This document shows, piece by piece, positions 28,851-46,523 of a stretch of 64,000 bases of DNA; positions within the stretch are counted from its first letter, which is position 1; each line of letters starts with the position of its first letter. Location of the stretch: the NCBI RefSeq assembly GCF_009914755.1, contig NC_060928.1. One strand, given 5' to 3'. The DNA comes from the human T2T-CHM13v2.0 reference genome, Homo sapiens. The translations under genes and the position numbers were made by a program. Below the pieces are notes generated by a model. It worked only from the letters and a program-made list of their open reading frames with translations. It did not search any database and was not told the DNA's origin.

Positions 28851-29133
28851 CTAAGAAGCTACTGCTGTAGTCCAGGCAAGACAAAACAGTGTCTGCTCAA
28901 GGTAGAGACGAGGGAGAAGACAGGAGAGATGATAAAGCAATAGATTCTGTACTACTTGGTGGCTTGTTAAGTGTGAGTTGAGGGAGAATGGGAGTCTAGG
29001 TTACTTTGTTTTCTGATTTGTACAGACACTAAGATACAGAAGGTAGAGGAAGTGGCACAGGTTTTGAATGTGGTGAATTTGAGATGAAGTTTATAGTAGA
29101 TATATGTGGCTGAAACTCAAAAGAAATGTCTGA

Positions 29134-29444
29134 GGCTGGGCATGGTGGCTCACATCTGTAAACCTAGTGCTTTGGGAGGCCCAGGTGGGAGAATTGCTGG
29201 AGGCCAGGAGTTGGAGACCAGCCTGGGAAACATAGGGAGATCTCAACTCTACAAAAAACAAAAACATAAAAAATTAGCCAGGCATGGTGTGTGCACCTGT
29301 AGTTCCAGCTACTTGGGAGGCTGAGGTGGGAGGATTGCGTGATCGCAGGAGTTTGAGACTGCAGTGAGTTGTGTGATTGATTGTGCCACTGCACTGTAGC
29401 CTGGGTAACAGTGAGACCCTGTCTCAAAAAAAAAAAAAAAAAAA
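29134..29444 (+). mobile_element. AluJ
   Basis: Diverged dimer, gggaggattgc diagnostics. Confidence 0.9.
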
Positions 29445-29892
29445 GGTGGGGGCGGGGAGAGATAGAGGGAGGTCTGAGCCAGATATGTGGGCATGAGAGT
29501 CATCCTCACAGAGGTGATGTTGGAGCCATGATGTGCCCGACAGCACGTCTAAGAACATATACATGAGAAGAGTAACTGGGCCATACAAGCATTTAAGATG
29601 TGAGAAACTAGACCCCATCAAGGAATCCGTGAAGGAGAAGCCAGAGAGAGAAGAAAACCAGGAGATTGTATCATAGAAGCCAAGAAGAAAAAAATGCGTG
29701 GTTTTAGGAAGGAGTGAGTGGACAGTAGAGTTTAATGTTGCAGAGAAGTCAAATAAACTAAGGACTGGAGGGTGGACATTGTCACTGGACACCTTGGAGA
29801 GAGCAAGTTCAAGGGCAAAGAAGCCAAGCCACTGGACTGAGCGGCAGTGAGAGAGTGGGAGGAGCAGCCTGCTCTTCAGAAAGAGCTTGCTA

Positions 29893-30148
<256 letters not shown>

Positions 30149-31274
30149 AAAGAGCTTGCCAGAAAGGTGGCATGTAGAAAGGAACCAGAAAAGGATGGAC
30201 CCGTGAGGGTGAGCTGAGATGTAGAACTGAGAAAATGTTTATATGATGAAGTAAAAAGCCATGTTTGAGGAAAACAGATTTTAAGTGGAGAAGAGCAATG
30301 AACTGAGAATCAAGAAACTTGAGTTCTGGTCCAGGTTCTGCCAATAATTAACCATGAGATTTAGGAAAAAGTCACTTCGCCTCTCTGTGCCTCAGTTTCC
30401 TCCTCTGTCAAATGAAAGAGCTGACCTAGATCCAATTTTATTTAGCCAGAATGTTTTCTAATTCTGAGTCTCCTCAAAAGGAGGGAACTGAGTTATTTAT
30501 TCTGAGAGGTAAAAGTATTAGCATTTTGTTGAAAACATCTTAAAGCTAAAAAGCTGTCACTTGAATTGGGCCATTCTTTTGCCTGCAGAACTCTGGCACA
30601 TAAGTAAACACACATGATATAACTGCCAAAGTAAATTATGTTGAAATAACTTATAGTCTAAAATTGACAGATTGAAAGTAAATACTGGCAAAGTTTCCTT
30701 ACTCCTTTGGGGGAGTCCATCAGAAATACTTGATAGTTAATTTGTCTCTGGGGAACACTTCTTAGTAGACCCTCAGTCATTCACCTCTGCCCTCTTGCTC
30801 ATCCACTTTCACTTGGCTGGTTGACTTTTCACTGAATGTGCTTGAGCGGGTTTCCACTCTACATGTTGTGAGCAAGATTCACATCAGCTTTTAGCTCTGG
30901 AAAGAGAGCAGTTGAGAAAACAGGGAACTGCTGTAGTATGAAATCCACCTGGTGACCACCACACTGAGAAACATGGAACCTCTGACCATCTACGTTACCA
31001 AAAGTTATACACAGAAAATAATTTCTGCCCAATGGAGAAGAACGTTTGGGTAATTTTGAAACTACAGCACCTGTTGAGGGACTGTGGAAAGCACTAGTCC
31101 TGTCTAACAGTGTCACTTTGCTGAGTATCCAATCAACAGCAATAGTTACAGGACAGTATTTAACAAATGTTACAATGTGCATTCCCTTAAACTAATTTAC
31201 ATAAATTTAAACATACTCCTCATTTGTGTGGATATTCTGCAACAAATTGAGATGCTTTTATAAATTGAGATACT

Positions 31275-31433
31275 TTTTGTTTGTTTTTGAGATGAGGTCT
31301 CACTCTGTTACCCAGGCTGGAGTCCAGTGGTGTGATCATGGCTCACTGCAGCTTTGAACACCTGACTTCAAGTGATCTTCCCGTCTCAGCCTCCCGAGTA
31401 GCTTGGACTACAGGCACACCCCACCACACCTGG
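31275..31433 (-). mobile_element. Alu monomer (FRAM/AluJ)
   Basis: Right-arm sequence only. Confidence 0.85.
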
Positions 31434-31751
31434 CTTGGGGTACTTTTTTGTCCAAAGGATATTATTTCTTTTCTTGCAACCCTACAGAACAAAGTGTCGT
31501 AATGATGTGATAATTTTTGCCTACATTTCAAAGAATTGCAATTATTTATTTGTACATATATTCACTAAGTTTCATATCAGTAACATAAGCTTATAAAGTC
31601 ATACAGTAATATAAAATGTGAAGCAATCTATCATTTAATCAAAATTTCTAAAATTATTTTCACTGCATTTTAGAGTACTCTATGGGCAATGCACAATAAA
31701 ACATTTGGGAGTCTATTCTCCTTCAAATCTTAACATACAAAATGTGTTTAT

Positions 31752-31870
31752 GTTAGAAAAATTGCCAAAATGTGCTGCAACCTCACATTTAGATAGGAAA
31801 GGATTCCTATCTTCCAGTCATAAACAAAACCGAAAACATCAAGCAAAAGATCCTCCCCAAGCAGGTTTTA
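31752..31870 (-). pseudogene. Possible pseudo-exon (DVFGFVYDWKIGILSYLNVRLQHILAIF)
   Basis: YD-x-K-x-G-x-LS followed by an amphipathic helix; no clear splice sites. Confidence 0.3.
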
Positions 31871-33056
31871 GCCATTATTTCACATAAACCAAGGTAAATA
31901 CACTATATATCACGGGGCCTAGTCTCAGTTGAGGCTTGCAATTTCCTTTCCTCGTTCTATCTATTGGAAGAAAGAAAGATAATCCATCCATGTTGGACTA
32001 TCCTGTCAAGCTAGCCTAAATCACTGCGGGCTGGAAATCTCCAGAGTTTTCTCCTTATGATTCAAAACCAGTACAGATACTAAGACAAGACTGAAAATCA
32101 CCCTGACACGTAAATTAGAAAAGAAGAATAAAATTCTAAGAAAAGCAGCTGAGTGAGTTTTTGTCTCCCTTTTCACACTGAGCCTGCATACAATGAGGGG
32201 GCTGTCATGTCCTACTTGACCACTTAGGGCACTGCCTGGAGCCCTGGCCTGGGAGTCAGAAGGAGGAATCTCAAGGTCTAGCGCATAACTGACTAGCCAT
32301 TTGCCCCTGGGTCCCTCTCTGGACTTCGGTTTCTCATATGCAATAAAATGAAGGGGTTTTATTCCATAACTGCTATGACCCTTAGCTCTCAATGGCACTG
32401 ATTATCTCATTTTCTTTTTCACCAACTCAAGAAATAAGTGTCTTAAATTTGTCTCTAACTGACAACAGGGCCAGTGGTGGACTCGTAATCCATGTTTGTT
32501 GAGCTAACTAATTAGTTTGGGCCCTGAAAACAAGAGGGTCTTCTTTGGTAGCTATTTGACAAACTGTCACTTATGGGATCTTTCTCTTTCAGGAGGAGAA
32601 AATGTGTAATTGTAAGCAGCTGAACTAAAATATCTCTGTGACATTTTGCTGGTGACTCCAGCCCTGTGAGATCTGAGTGGCTCAGGAATCAAATTCTCCC
32701 ACAAACCTGAGGAAGCCTTTTATTCTTAATGCCAACAGGATGCCCCATGCCCAGAATGTCAAATCTGAACACCAATGGAATGCATTTTATAAACAAATTG
32801 AAAAAGGACAATCTTTAACAGAATTGTTGTTCTCTAGGCAGATTAGTTGTGCTTCAAATACAAAATGAAATATTAGAGAACAAAATTATTTTTAAACAGC
32901 TAATACTAGTAGAAAATAAAAGGCTGAAAAGTGCTATAATGTGTAAAAGGACTAAAATTTACTTTTATTACTTATTTATATATGAGTTGGGCTCAATTTT
33001 ACCATTAGTCAATCTTTATCCTTTGGCAAGTTTCTTTTCTGTCTTTGGGCTTCTCA

Positions 33057-34228
<1,172 letters not shown>

Positions 34229-34534
34229 TCATCTAGAAAAAGTAAAGTATAAAGTTGGGGAAATAGGTCAAAATAAGTTCTAGAGTCACTTTTAGCTCCT
34301 ACGATTCTATTAAAACTTATTTTCTAGTTATAGAGGTAACAGTTCATATCATAAAAAAGTATTTTAAGATAGACGACTCTCAAAGACATTATGCGAAGAG
34401 AAATAAGCCAGTCATAAATACTGCATGATTCCTTTCCTCTGAAGTATCTAAAGTAGTCAAAATTGTAGAAACAGAAAGTAGAAAGGAAGTTCCCAGAAAG
34501 GGGTGGGAGCAATTAGTGTTTAGTGGATGTAGTG

Positions 34535-35769
<1,235 letters not shown>

Positions 35770-35877
35770 AAAGTTTCAGTTTTTCCAGATGAAAAAGTTC
35801 TGCAGATCTGTTGCACAACAGTGTGAATGCACCTAACACTGCTGAGCTGTACACTTAAAAAATGGTTAAGGTGGTAA

Positions 35878-36163
<286 letters not shown>

Positions 36164-36447
36164 CAGGAAGGTGGTAAAATTTAATGTCAGAATTTTTTTA
36201 CCACAATAAAAAAAAAACTTGTTGTAGTATGAGAATAAAGAAGAAATTTTAAACCACTCAAAAGTGAATACCTCAGAGAGAAAATCTCTATTAACCAATG
36301 GGAGCTTATCACTATTGATTTTTCAACAGTTAATGAGTGCCCTACCCTGTGGCGCTGTTTCCTGGCAGCAAATAATGAACGTGACAGGCATAGATCCAGC
36401 TTTCATTCGTAAGGAAATCAGCAGTTACTTTAAAAGGCAATAGGTTC

Positions 36448-36756
<309 letters not shown>

Positions 36757-36887
36757 CTACTGTAAGGGGACACGCAGAGAGGAATAAAAGCATGGAGAAG
36801 GGGTGAGGAGATCCTGGTGGAGATGAGGAAAGCATTCCTGAGGAAATGAGGGCTAATCTGAGATTTGAAGGATGAGAAGAAGATGTC

Positions 36888-36981
36888 TTTTTTTTGTTTT
36901 TTTCGGCTAGTCAAGTGAAGCAGTGGGAGTGGAGAAGGAACAAAGAAATCCTTAACTGGTTGTGACTGCACTCGGACCACC
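36888..36981 (-). pseudogene. Y3 RNA retro-pseudogene with 20-nt internal deletion
   Basis: Reverse complement matches hY3 (GGTCCGAGTGCAGT...CACAACCAGTTA...CTTGACTAGCC); poly(A) tail; TSD tgagaagaagat at 36873-36884 and 36982-36993. Confidence 0.92.
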
Positions 36982-37121
36982 TGAGAAGAAGATATGAAGA
37001 CAAAAAGAAGGCACGGACTTTCTGTTCGGAACATGTGCAAAAGTCTAGGCAATATAAAGCACGCTGCTTAAGATGGGGGAATAGGACACCCACATATGCT
37101 GAGGCGGTGCCAGGACCAGGA

Positions 37122-37241
37122 TAGCAGAGGGCTCTGGAACCCATGTCAGTGAGCCTGAACATCTTCCTGCGGGTAGGCTCCTTGACATGGGTTCCAGAGC
37201 CCTCTGCTACCCTGGAACCCATGTCAATGAGTCTGAACATC
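37122..37241. repeat. 27-bp perfect inverted repeat plus third direct copy
   Basis: 37122-37148 is the exact reverse complement of 37183-37209; 37212-37241 repeats 37134-37163 with 2 mismatches. Confidence 0.95.
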
Positions 37242-37722
37242 AGTAGGAGAGTCACTAGAGAGCCTGAGTGTAGAGTGGACAAGGTTAGATTCAATTTAAG
37301 AAGACCTCTCTGGCTTCAATGTGGAGGATGGATTGAAGGGGCTCACTGCTGGTTGAGGCTGTGACAGTGGGCTCGGTGAGACAAGCACGGGCATAGCCTG
37401 TTGTTAATAATGTTGTATTTATAGTTTTTGGCTTAAGACTTTTTACTTAATATTTCATATTTAGGGTTTTCCCATTTCATTAAAAATTCATTGTAATCAT
37501 TTTTAATACCTGCTTGGCATTTCATTGTATGGATAATCCATGATTTATTTAACTACTCTTCTATTTTTAAAGGTTGTTTCTGTTTCTTAGTCTAGAATGA
37601 GTAGAATTAATATTTTGGTACAAGGATTCTTGTCCACATTTTATAAATATTTTCATAAATATTAAGATTATACTAATCTCTTGCATCAGATGGCAGAAGA
37701 GGTGGCGGCAATGTTACCAAAG

Positions 37723-37724
<2 letters not shown>

Positions 37725-37760
<36 letters not shown>
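37725..37760. repeat. (GT)n microsatellite
   Basis: Direct observation. Confidence 0.95.
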
Positions 37761-37763
<3 letters not shown>

Positions 37764-38070
37764 AGCAGTATTGCTTTGTCCTACCTAAATTGCAGATCTG
37801 CCAAAGAAGGCATAATCTAATATATTCATCCCCTATGTTGCATGGGGCAGGGAAGGCTGTGGGTTTGCACTACATAGCACATTGTTCTATCCAGGCAAAA
37901 GGTCAAGCGCTGTAGAAGGCCAAAGCTAAAAATACAGTGTGGCACTGGGGAAAATGAAGGAGCTGTCCAGGGGAAATGAGTCATACTGAATCAGTACCTC
38001 TCCTCCTATACACAGCAGTAACCTCCTCAGCTAGGGAAAGCAGACTGGTTCTTACATGAAAGTGATTTCA

Positions 38071-38366
38071 GGTCAGGCCTGGTGGCTCATGCCTGTAATC
38101 CCAGCACTTTGAGAGGCTAAGGTGGGCAGATCACCTGAGGCCAGGAGTTCGAGACCAGCCTGGCCAGAATGGCAAAACCCCCATCTCTACTAAAAATACA
38201 AAAATTAGCCAGGTCTGGTGGCACACATCTGTAATCCTACCTACTCGGGAGGCTGAGGCAGGAGAATCGCTTGAATCTGGAAATTGGAGGTTTCAATGAG
38301 CTAACATTGCCACTGCACTGCAGCCTGGGTGACAAAGCCAGACTGTCTCAAAATTTTTTAAAAAAA
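38071..38366 (+). mobile_element. AluS
   Basis: Diverged dimer. Confidence 0.92.
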
Positions 38367-38633
38367 GGAATTTTAACAATAATACCAATAATTTTGGTAA
38401 CAACATGGAGTAATTTCATTCCTATAGCACTTTTGTTCCTAGAGGTCGACTGCTCATGGACCATCCGTGGACCAGGATACCCCTTGTCCGTTAGCATAGG
38501 GTCTCCGGGAAGACAGCACCACACACGGAAGGAATCGAAGGAGCTGAGCCTCCCTGAACATTTCTCACTGGGACTGGTAGGACTCAGTGGATTAGAAGAA
38601 TGGCATTCCCAGTCTAGAGGGGCAGGCAGTAAC

Positions 38634-38830
38634 CTGTGTGTGGGCATTGAGAGAATATGGTACATGATCCCTGTCATTGCTGTGACCCTGGAAGTTTCTC
38701 AGGAAATCCAAATAACTAATGCCAGTTGGACTGTTTATAAGGTTTCCTCTCTTCAGGAAATCATCAAAATATTCTTTCAGCTGCCAGGCCAACTTCTTCA
38801 GGACTGAAAGAAAATCTTTCTTTTCAACCA
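38634..38830 (-). pseudogene. Pseudo-exon VEKKDFLSVLKKLAWQLKEYFDDFLKRGNLINSPTGISYLDFLRNFQ
   Basis: Near-complete EF-hand pair pattern (V.K.DF..VL ... F ... GISYLDFL..F) inside supplied ORF 38592-38852; boundaries approximate. Confidence 0.75.
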
Positions 38831-38884
38831 CAGAGAGAGAGCAAACAGCCATTGCTAGTTGACAAAGTTTGGGGAGTGGGAGGT

Positions 38885-39046
38885 GGTTTTATTTTGTTTT
38901 TGTAAACAGGGTCTCCCTATGTCACCCAGGCTCGTCTCAAACACCTGGGCATTTGTGAGAGACCTCCCTTCCATGGTCTTCCCCAGCCCTATTTGTCAGG
39001 ATTTTTAACACAAGTGACTCCAATTTTGAGTCCGTCAACTTTCACA
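38885..39046 (-). mobile_element. Alu fragment joined to ERV1 LTR 5' fragment (MER39-like)
   Basis: Reverse complement tgtgaaagttgacgg...ggagtcacttgtgttaaaaatcctgacaaatag. Confidence 0.55.
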
Positions 39047-39086
39047 GATAAAAATTATTAAGACTGATAAGCCCAAGTGTTGACAA

Positions 39087-39628
<542 letters not shown>

Positions 39629-39635
39629 GCTAGAG

Positions 39636-40044
39636 ATTTTATTAGTCCATTCTCATACTGCTATAAAGAAATACCTGAGACTGGGTGATTGACAAAGAAA
39701 AGAGGTTTAATTGGCTCACAGTTCCACAGGATGTACAGGAAGCGTGGCAGCTTCTGCTCGGCTTCTGGGAAGGCCTCAGGAAACTTACAATCATGGCAGA
39801 AGGCAGAGAGGCAGCAAGAGCATCTTACATGGCTGGATCAGGAGGAAGAGCGAGAGGAGGAAGAGGCTGCACACTTTTAAACAACCAAATCTCGTGAGAA
39901 CTCACTATCGCGACAGCAGTTCCAAGGGGGATGGTACTAAACTGCCCCCATGATCCAATCACCTCCCACCGGGTCCTACCTCCAACATTGGGGATTACAA
40001 TTTGACATGAGGTTTGGGCAGGGACACAGATCCAAACCATGTCA
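39636..40044 (-). mobile_element. MSTA-like MaLR LTR
   Basis: tattagtccattctc...gggacacagatccaaaccatgtca. Confidence 0.88.
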
Positions 40045-40049
40045 GAGAC

Positions 40050-41035
40050 ATACAATACGGGAATTTTTACACATTGCTGGTAAATAAATGGGCACATTCA
40101 TTTTGGAGAGACACAAGCCCCAGTAGCCAAAAAATCCATTTGAGTTATCTATTCTAGAGAAAGTCATGCAAATGTGCCCCAAAAGACATACGGAAAGCTG
40201 TTCAGTGTAGCATTTTATCTCACTGTGAAAAAAATGAAACTAACCTCCCCTCAGTGGAAAATGGCTAAACTGTGGTTCATTCACACAATGGAATTCCACA
40301 AGACTGTTAAAATGACTAAATGTGCCTGCATCTATCAACACGGATAAATCTCAAAACCAACGCTCAGTGAAAAAAGAAAATTGCAAAAATATTTGTACAA
40401 CGTGATATCATTTATATGTAGTTTTAAAACACAATTGTCTATATTGTTTATGCACATATACATATGTGTAAAAGCACAAATACACACATGAGCATAAGAC
40501 GCATGTAAGATAATGGTTAAGAGCACAGACTGTGGAGCTCCCTCACCAGTTATATAACATTTGATAACTTTAATCCCGTGCCTCAGTTTCCTCATGTGTA
40601 AAATGGTTTTGATAATGAAAGTGCCTACCTTATTGGATCATGGGGAAGATTACATTAGAAAATGCATACAAAATGCTTAACTCAATACCTGGCTCATAGT
40701 AAATGTTCAATAAATATTATATTATACTATTGTTTAACAAACATCCACTCCAAAACTCATGGTGAAATTTGTCATTGTGATGGTATTGAGAAGTGGGAAC
40801 TTTAAGAGGTAGTTAGGTTACTAAAGCTGTTATTGTGGGAATGGGTTCATTATCATGGGAATGGGTTTGCCAGCTCTTACAGTCTCTCTCTTTCTCTCTC
40901 TCTCTTTCTCTCACCCTTTCACCCTTCAGCCATGTTATGATGCTGCAAGAAGCCCATTGCCAGATGCTGGTGCCTTGACACTGGACTTCTCAGCCTCCAG
41001 AACTGTGAGCCAACAAATGTCTATTTGTTGTAAGA
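40050..41035 (+). mobile_element. L1ME fragment, MIR (40500-40730) and MST/MLT1A fragment (40740-41035)
   Basis: gcctcagtttcctcatgtgtaaaatgg; cagcctccagaactgtgagcc. Confidence 0.7.
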
Positions 41036-41051
41036 AATCTTACTAGATAAG

Positions 41052-41385
<334 letters not shown>

Positions 41386-41512
41386 TTATTAGTAAATAAA
41401 TAATATGGTCAACTGTACAGGCAATCAAATATGAAAAAAGTAAAATAAAATTGAGTTACTACTTTTGGCAAAGCTTAATTTTGAAATAAGGGTACTTTGA
41501 TAGGTAATATAC

Positions 41513-42021
41513 TATGATAGGCAGCTTCTAAACGGCCGCAGTGATCCCATCTGTTGGTATTCATGCCCTTCCTTGTGTAATCCCCTTCCCTGGAATATGG
41601 GCCGGACGTAGTAACTTGCTCTGACAAATAGAATATGACAAATTGATGGAATATTACTTCCAAAATGAGGTTCTAAAAAGACTGGTGCTTCCTCCTCGGG
41701 CACTCTCTCTCATTCTGTTAATCTGAGGGAAGCCAGCTGCTATGCTGTGAGCTGCGCCGTGGAGAGGCCCACATGGCGAAGACCTGATAACATCTGGATG
41801 ATAGCCAATGAGTGAGCTTGGAAGTAGATCCTCCCCCATGTGAACTGGGAGGTGATTACAGCCCTGGCAAGCAGCTGAACTTGCAGTCTCATGAGAGCTC
41901 CGGGCCAGAGACTCCCAGCCCAAATTCCTGACCTCCAGAAACCATGAGAAAATAAACGTTTATTGTTTTAGGCTGGCAAACTTCTAGGTAATTTTTTACG
42001 CAGCAATAGATAACCAATACA
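41513..42021 (+). mobile_element. MLT1F/G-like LTR
   Basis: ggtattcatgccctt...acgcagcaatagataaccaataca. Confidence 0.8.
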
Positions 42022-43069
42022 CCCAACATAGGCCAGGGCGAAAGCTAACGCTGATGTGCATATGTACTGTTAGTAATAAGGTAAATTGGTGTAAGTTTCT
42101 GGAGAGCGGTTTTAAAAATATTCCTAAAGATAGTCACAATTATGTTTTGCCTGAAGGAAATAAATGAATAAATATTTAAGTATATCCATTAAAGTCTTAA
42201 ACATAGTAAATATAATAGTGAATAACTGGTAATAATTTACCAGTTTGGGGGAATTGTTAAATTATAATATATCCATTTGATAAAATCTTAGGTGGATATT
42301 AAAATTCATGTCAAAAATCTAATTAATGATCTGTTGATATGTTCATGACATAATGATAACAACATTAACAAAATAATAATAATTGAGGATGATCACAAAT
42401 TTTGTTTTATTTATATTTAAAAATTTGTTAACCAACATAATAATAGTGTTGATCTGAGTGATGACATTATTAGGTGATTTACATTTTCTTGATTATATTT
42501 TTCTATAGGTTCCAATTTGTCTATAATAAATATATGTTTTTTAATCTGAAAAATCCTCAAATGTAAAACAATGGAATGTGGGCCGAGTATAATTCTTAAA
42601 ATACATTTACTTTTTGCCTCTTTTTTTCTGGATCATGTTTTTCAAGTTCTCTCAAATTCCTAAATTCTTCTCTGAACTTTTCTTTCAGTCACTTCTTTAC
42701 ATCAAGTAGCTCTTCTTGTTCCTCTGTTCTTGGTTTTTTGTTTTGTTTTGTTTTGTTTTTTAGCATGGTCTATAGATAAAACTGAAGAGGGAAAAGACCA
42801 AATGTTTACTTACTTTAAAATCATATAAAAATCTCAAAAAGGTAATTTTTTGGCAAGAAGTAGGTTTGACCCTTTGCATAAAGTATTATTTTACTTTGGG
42901 AAATAAAGATTTAAATCACTTTGCATATAAATCTAAAATATACCTATGCATATCAGATTTTTTTAACCTGGAGTCCATGAACATCTAGGGGTTCACTTAA
43001 TTTGAGGTATCCTCAAATTATGGTCTAGCTTTTTATTTCTTCTTTGTAATCCATCAGCCTTTGGTAAGG

Positions 43070-43198
43070 TCTTTTTGAACCCTCAGCTTTGTCTCAGCTG
43101 CGACTTGGAGTCTCCCAGGAGGGCCCTTAGGCCACAGCTGGGGAAGCCTCCCATGGTGGGTGTGGAGGTAGCCGCAAGGGTCGATAAGAAGCCAAAGC
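43070..43198 (-). pseudogene. Possible pseudo-exon (...CGLRALLGDSKSQLRQS*GFKK)
   Basis: Pyrimidine tract and cag acceptor near 43199; LRALL...L...F.K resembles EF-pair helix/linker; weak. Confidence 0.35.
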
Positions 43199-44022
43199 TG
43201 AAGTGACTCTCAGGGGAACAGAGGGAGAACTTCTCAGCCTGGCTTCTCTGCCTCACCTGGGAGATTCTCTTTTTAGCGTTCACCTTGAAAATTCTGACTT
43301 TGTTTTATTAAGAAAGGTGATTTTTTTATGATGTACACATACTTTATAATGTCAAAGAATAAACATGTGTAGCTTGCCTCATCTGTTTAGTTTTTACCTG
43401 AAACCTCTGCATTTTTTGATGATTCATTGTGATCTTCTACTCCCAATTTTTTAAGAGTTGCATCTCTATTGAGAACACCTATTCCGTTCTCACCATACCA
43501 TTAATGGAAATGATACATGTGGTTTCATATGTAATGTGGTTTAATATGTGTTTTATGACACTGACAAGTTCCTTGTCTAGCGATGGCAAATGTGAGCTAT
43601 GTGGGCTGCCGATTTCTCCTCCTGGGTGCCTATCAGACAACACTATTCAACACAGCATTCTTCTTGTTGAGCCCAGATTCAGCCTCAGAAGTTTTCCCAA
43701 GTTCTACCAAACACTTGGCAATGGTATGCCGTATGAAATATATTTATTTATATATATGTATACAGATATATATACACACACATAATAGATTTGTCTGTTT
43801 TATTATGTTAAAAATGAAAAATTCTTTAGAACTCCTTTGTCAGACCATGTGTCCTGAGTTTGGATTTGAAAAAAATATTCTCATTGTATGCACACCACAT
43901 ATACTCTTGCATGCGTAATTATGGTGAAATACATCAACTGCTCATGCTTTGCTCTTAGTAGGAAATTACAGGGACAGGTCCTGGCCCTCTGGGCTGTGTG
44001 ATTTCACAGGCTGATTCTCTGA

Positions 44023-44409
<387 letters not shown>

Positions 44410-44891
44410 TAATGTTCTTAGCTACTTTCCCCTTCCACTGAATCTCCCTCTTTCTTAATCAAGGCTTGGAGAGGTCTTTTTTAAAATTCTAGCCTCAATA
44501 TCGTTCTTTCATCTACTGAGCTATTCCATGGTATGAGATCCAGGAACCTGTTTTCAATAAAAAGAACAATGGATTGGCTAAAATGTGAAATATGTTTCAC
44601 TACAGATATATCTGTACTGTATATAGACTCCCATTGGCTTTTTCTTTTGCTAATAAAACATGTTCATTTTGATTGTTAGAATTTTATTATTTATCAGTGT
44701 GAAGGCAGAGGGGAAATAACCAATAAGTCACGCCTATAGCCGTGTCTGAGATAAAAGCCGTCTGTGAAAGACATTTAGCCCTATGAGTTCCAACAGAAGC
44801 TGCTGGACATTCAGAATCAGCCTGCAATTCCTTTTTTTGAAAAAGACATGCAGTGATTTACTCGTTAGGTCAAAAGCAGAAAGGTGTCTCC

Positions 44892-45066
44892 CTTGTTTGG
44901 GCTTCTCCGTTGAGGTTTATATGGATCTGCGAGGCTGCCATCAGTGTCCCCGCCTTCTGTTAAAAGGGTCAAACCCAGCAAGAATTCCGAGGGAACGGGT
45001 TCCTGTCCCCAAACTGCTGCATAGAACTCTTCAAACTTTATTGTGCTCTTGGCTTGGAGTTTCAGC
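44892..45066 (-). pseudogene. Pseudo-exon (R)LKLQAKSTIKFEEFYAAV..., second EF-hand of a pair
   Basis: Strong acceptor ttcttaatttcttatag, phase 2; I-x-F-x-E-F pattern; 3' end approximate (no canonical donor). Confidence 0.75.
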
Positions 45067-45191
45067 CTATAAGAAATTAAGAATATAGGGAAAAGGAAAA
45101 GGGATTTGCAAATAGAACAGAGTTGTATTCCAGGAAACACAGTAACCAGATCCCTTCCCAAAACGTTTACCCTTTTTAGCTCAGATATTAA

Positions 45192-45544
<353 letters not shown>

Positions 45545-45697
45545 TAAAGTTTAAAAATGTGGTTTCGAAATTTACAGTTTTCTTCAAGTTGATGTGGAAG
45601 AAAATAAGGAATAAGTTAAAAAATAATAATGAAGACAGTGACTTTGAAACTAGGGCTATCAGTCTAAAAGTAACTTCTTCATAAACATACTCTGTGT

Positions 45698-46149
45698 TGT
45701 GGAAATTGGTCATACAAGCTGAGTCATTCTTATCCACCCAACCAAAATAGAGTGGAGGGCTGGGGGGAAAGAGCACTCAGGACATGTGACATTGCTCTTG
45801 AAATAAAATTCTCTGCAAGTCTAGTGGCTGAAACTGCCTATTGTAGCCTGAGACCAGTTTTATCTGTCGCCTCAGCAGCTACAACTCTAGGACTAATTTT
45901 GGCCACCACAGTCGCCCACCAAATGGAGCTGGCCAGCCCCCAGAGCTTTGCTAAAACCAAAGAACTTTCTCCAGGACCACACAGAACATGCCCTTTTTTT
46001 TTTTCCATAAAATCCCCAACCTCCTTTACATTCTTCAGACATACCAAAAACCACTTAGTCTGCCTGTATGCCCTGAGTTGCAATTCTTTCTTCCCAAATA
46101 AAGCGTGAAATTTAGAGTTATCTCTAATTTTTTATTCTCACTTCCACAG
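45698..46149 (+). mobile_element. ERV1 solo LTR (MER34/MER39 group)
   Basis: TG...CA ends; ttgcaattc...cccaaataaa...aatttagag poly(A) region. Confidence 0.65.
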
Positions 46150-46445
46150 TGTGTATGTGGGTGTATGTAGGGGCGGGGAAAAGGGAAAAAGGAAGGGAGA
46201 GAGAGACAGAAACAGATCATAATCTTGCTTGCCTGTATGGCAGGGCTGGATTTTGTGTTGTTTCATGGTAGAAATCAGATTGTAGCAATGAAAAGAAAGA
46301 ACGACAGCAGGAAAGCATTCCTAATTCCTCAGATACCTGTCCTGCCAGCTGAACCCTTCTTCAGAGATCTCCCAGCTTCACAGCCCTGACTCAGCGGGGC
46401 GTAAATGGCTTGTAGCAGCCACGGGGCCCCATGGAGATGATTGGC

Positions 46446-46523
46446 CTGAGCAGGAGTTGGGGATGCTGCTTGGGACTGATCTATCTTCTCAGGAATTTAG
46501 ACAACACCGTGAAAAGCACATCT
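46446..46523 (-). pseudogene. Pseudo-exon (R)DVLFTVLSKFLRR*ISPKQHPQLLL(R)
   Basis: Acceptor ctctttaattcttgcag; 78 bp, phase 2-2; TAG at 46481-46483; donor degraded to gccaat; joins in frame to exon at 45066. Confidence 0.7.

Noticed and set aside
30785-31182. Minus-strand ORF and acceptor near 30896 as another pseudo-exon
   Set aside because: Acceptor plausible but translation has several stops and no EF motif
38271-38807. 178-aa plus-strand ORF
   Set aside because: Starts in an Alu and is antisense to the EF-hand pseudo-exon
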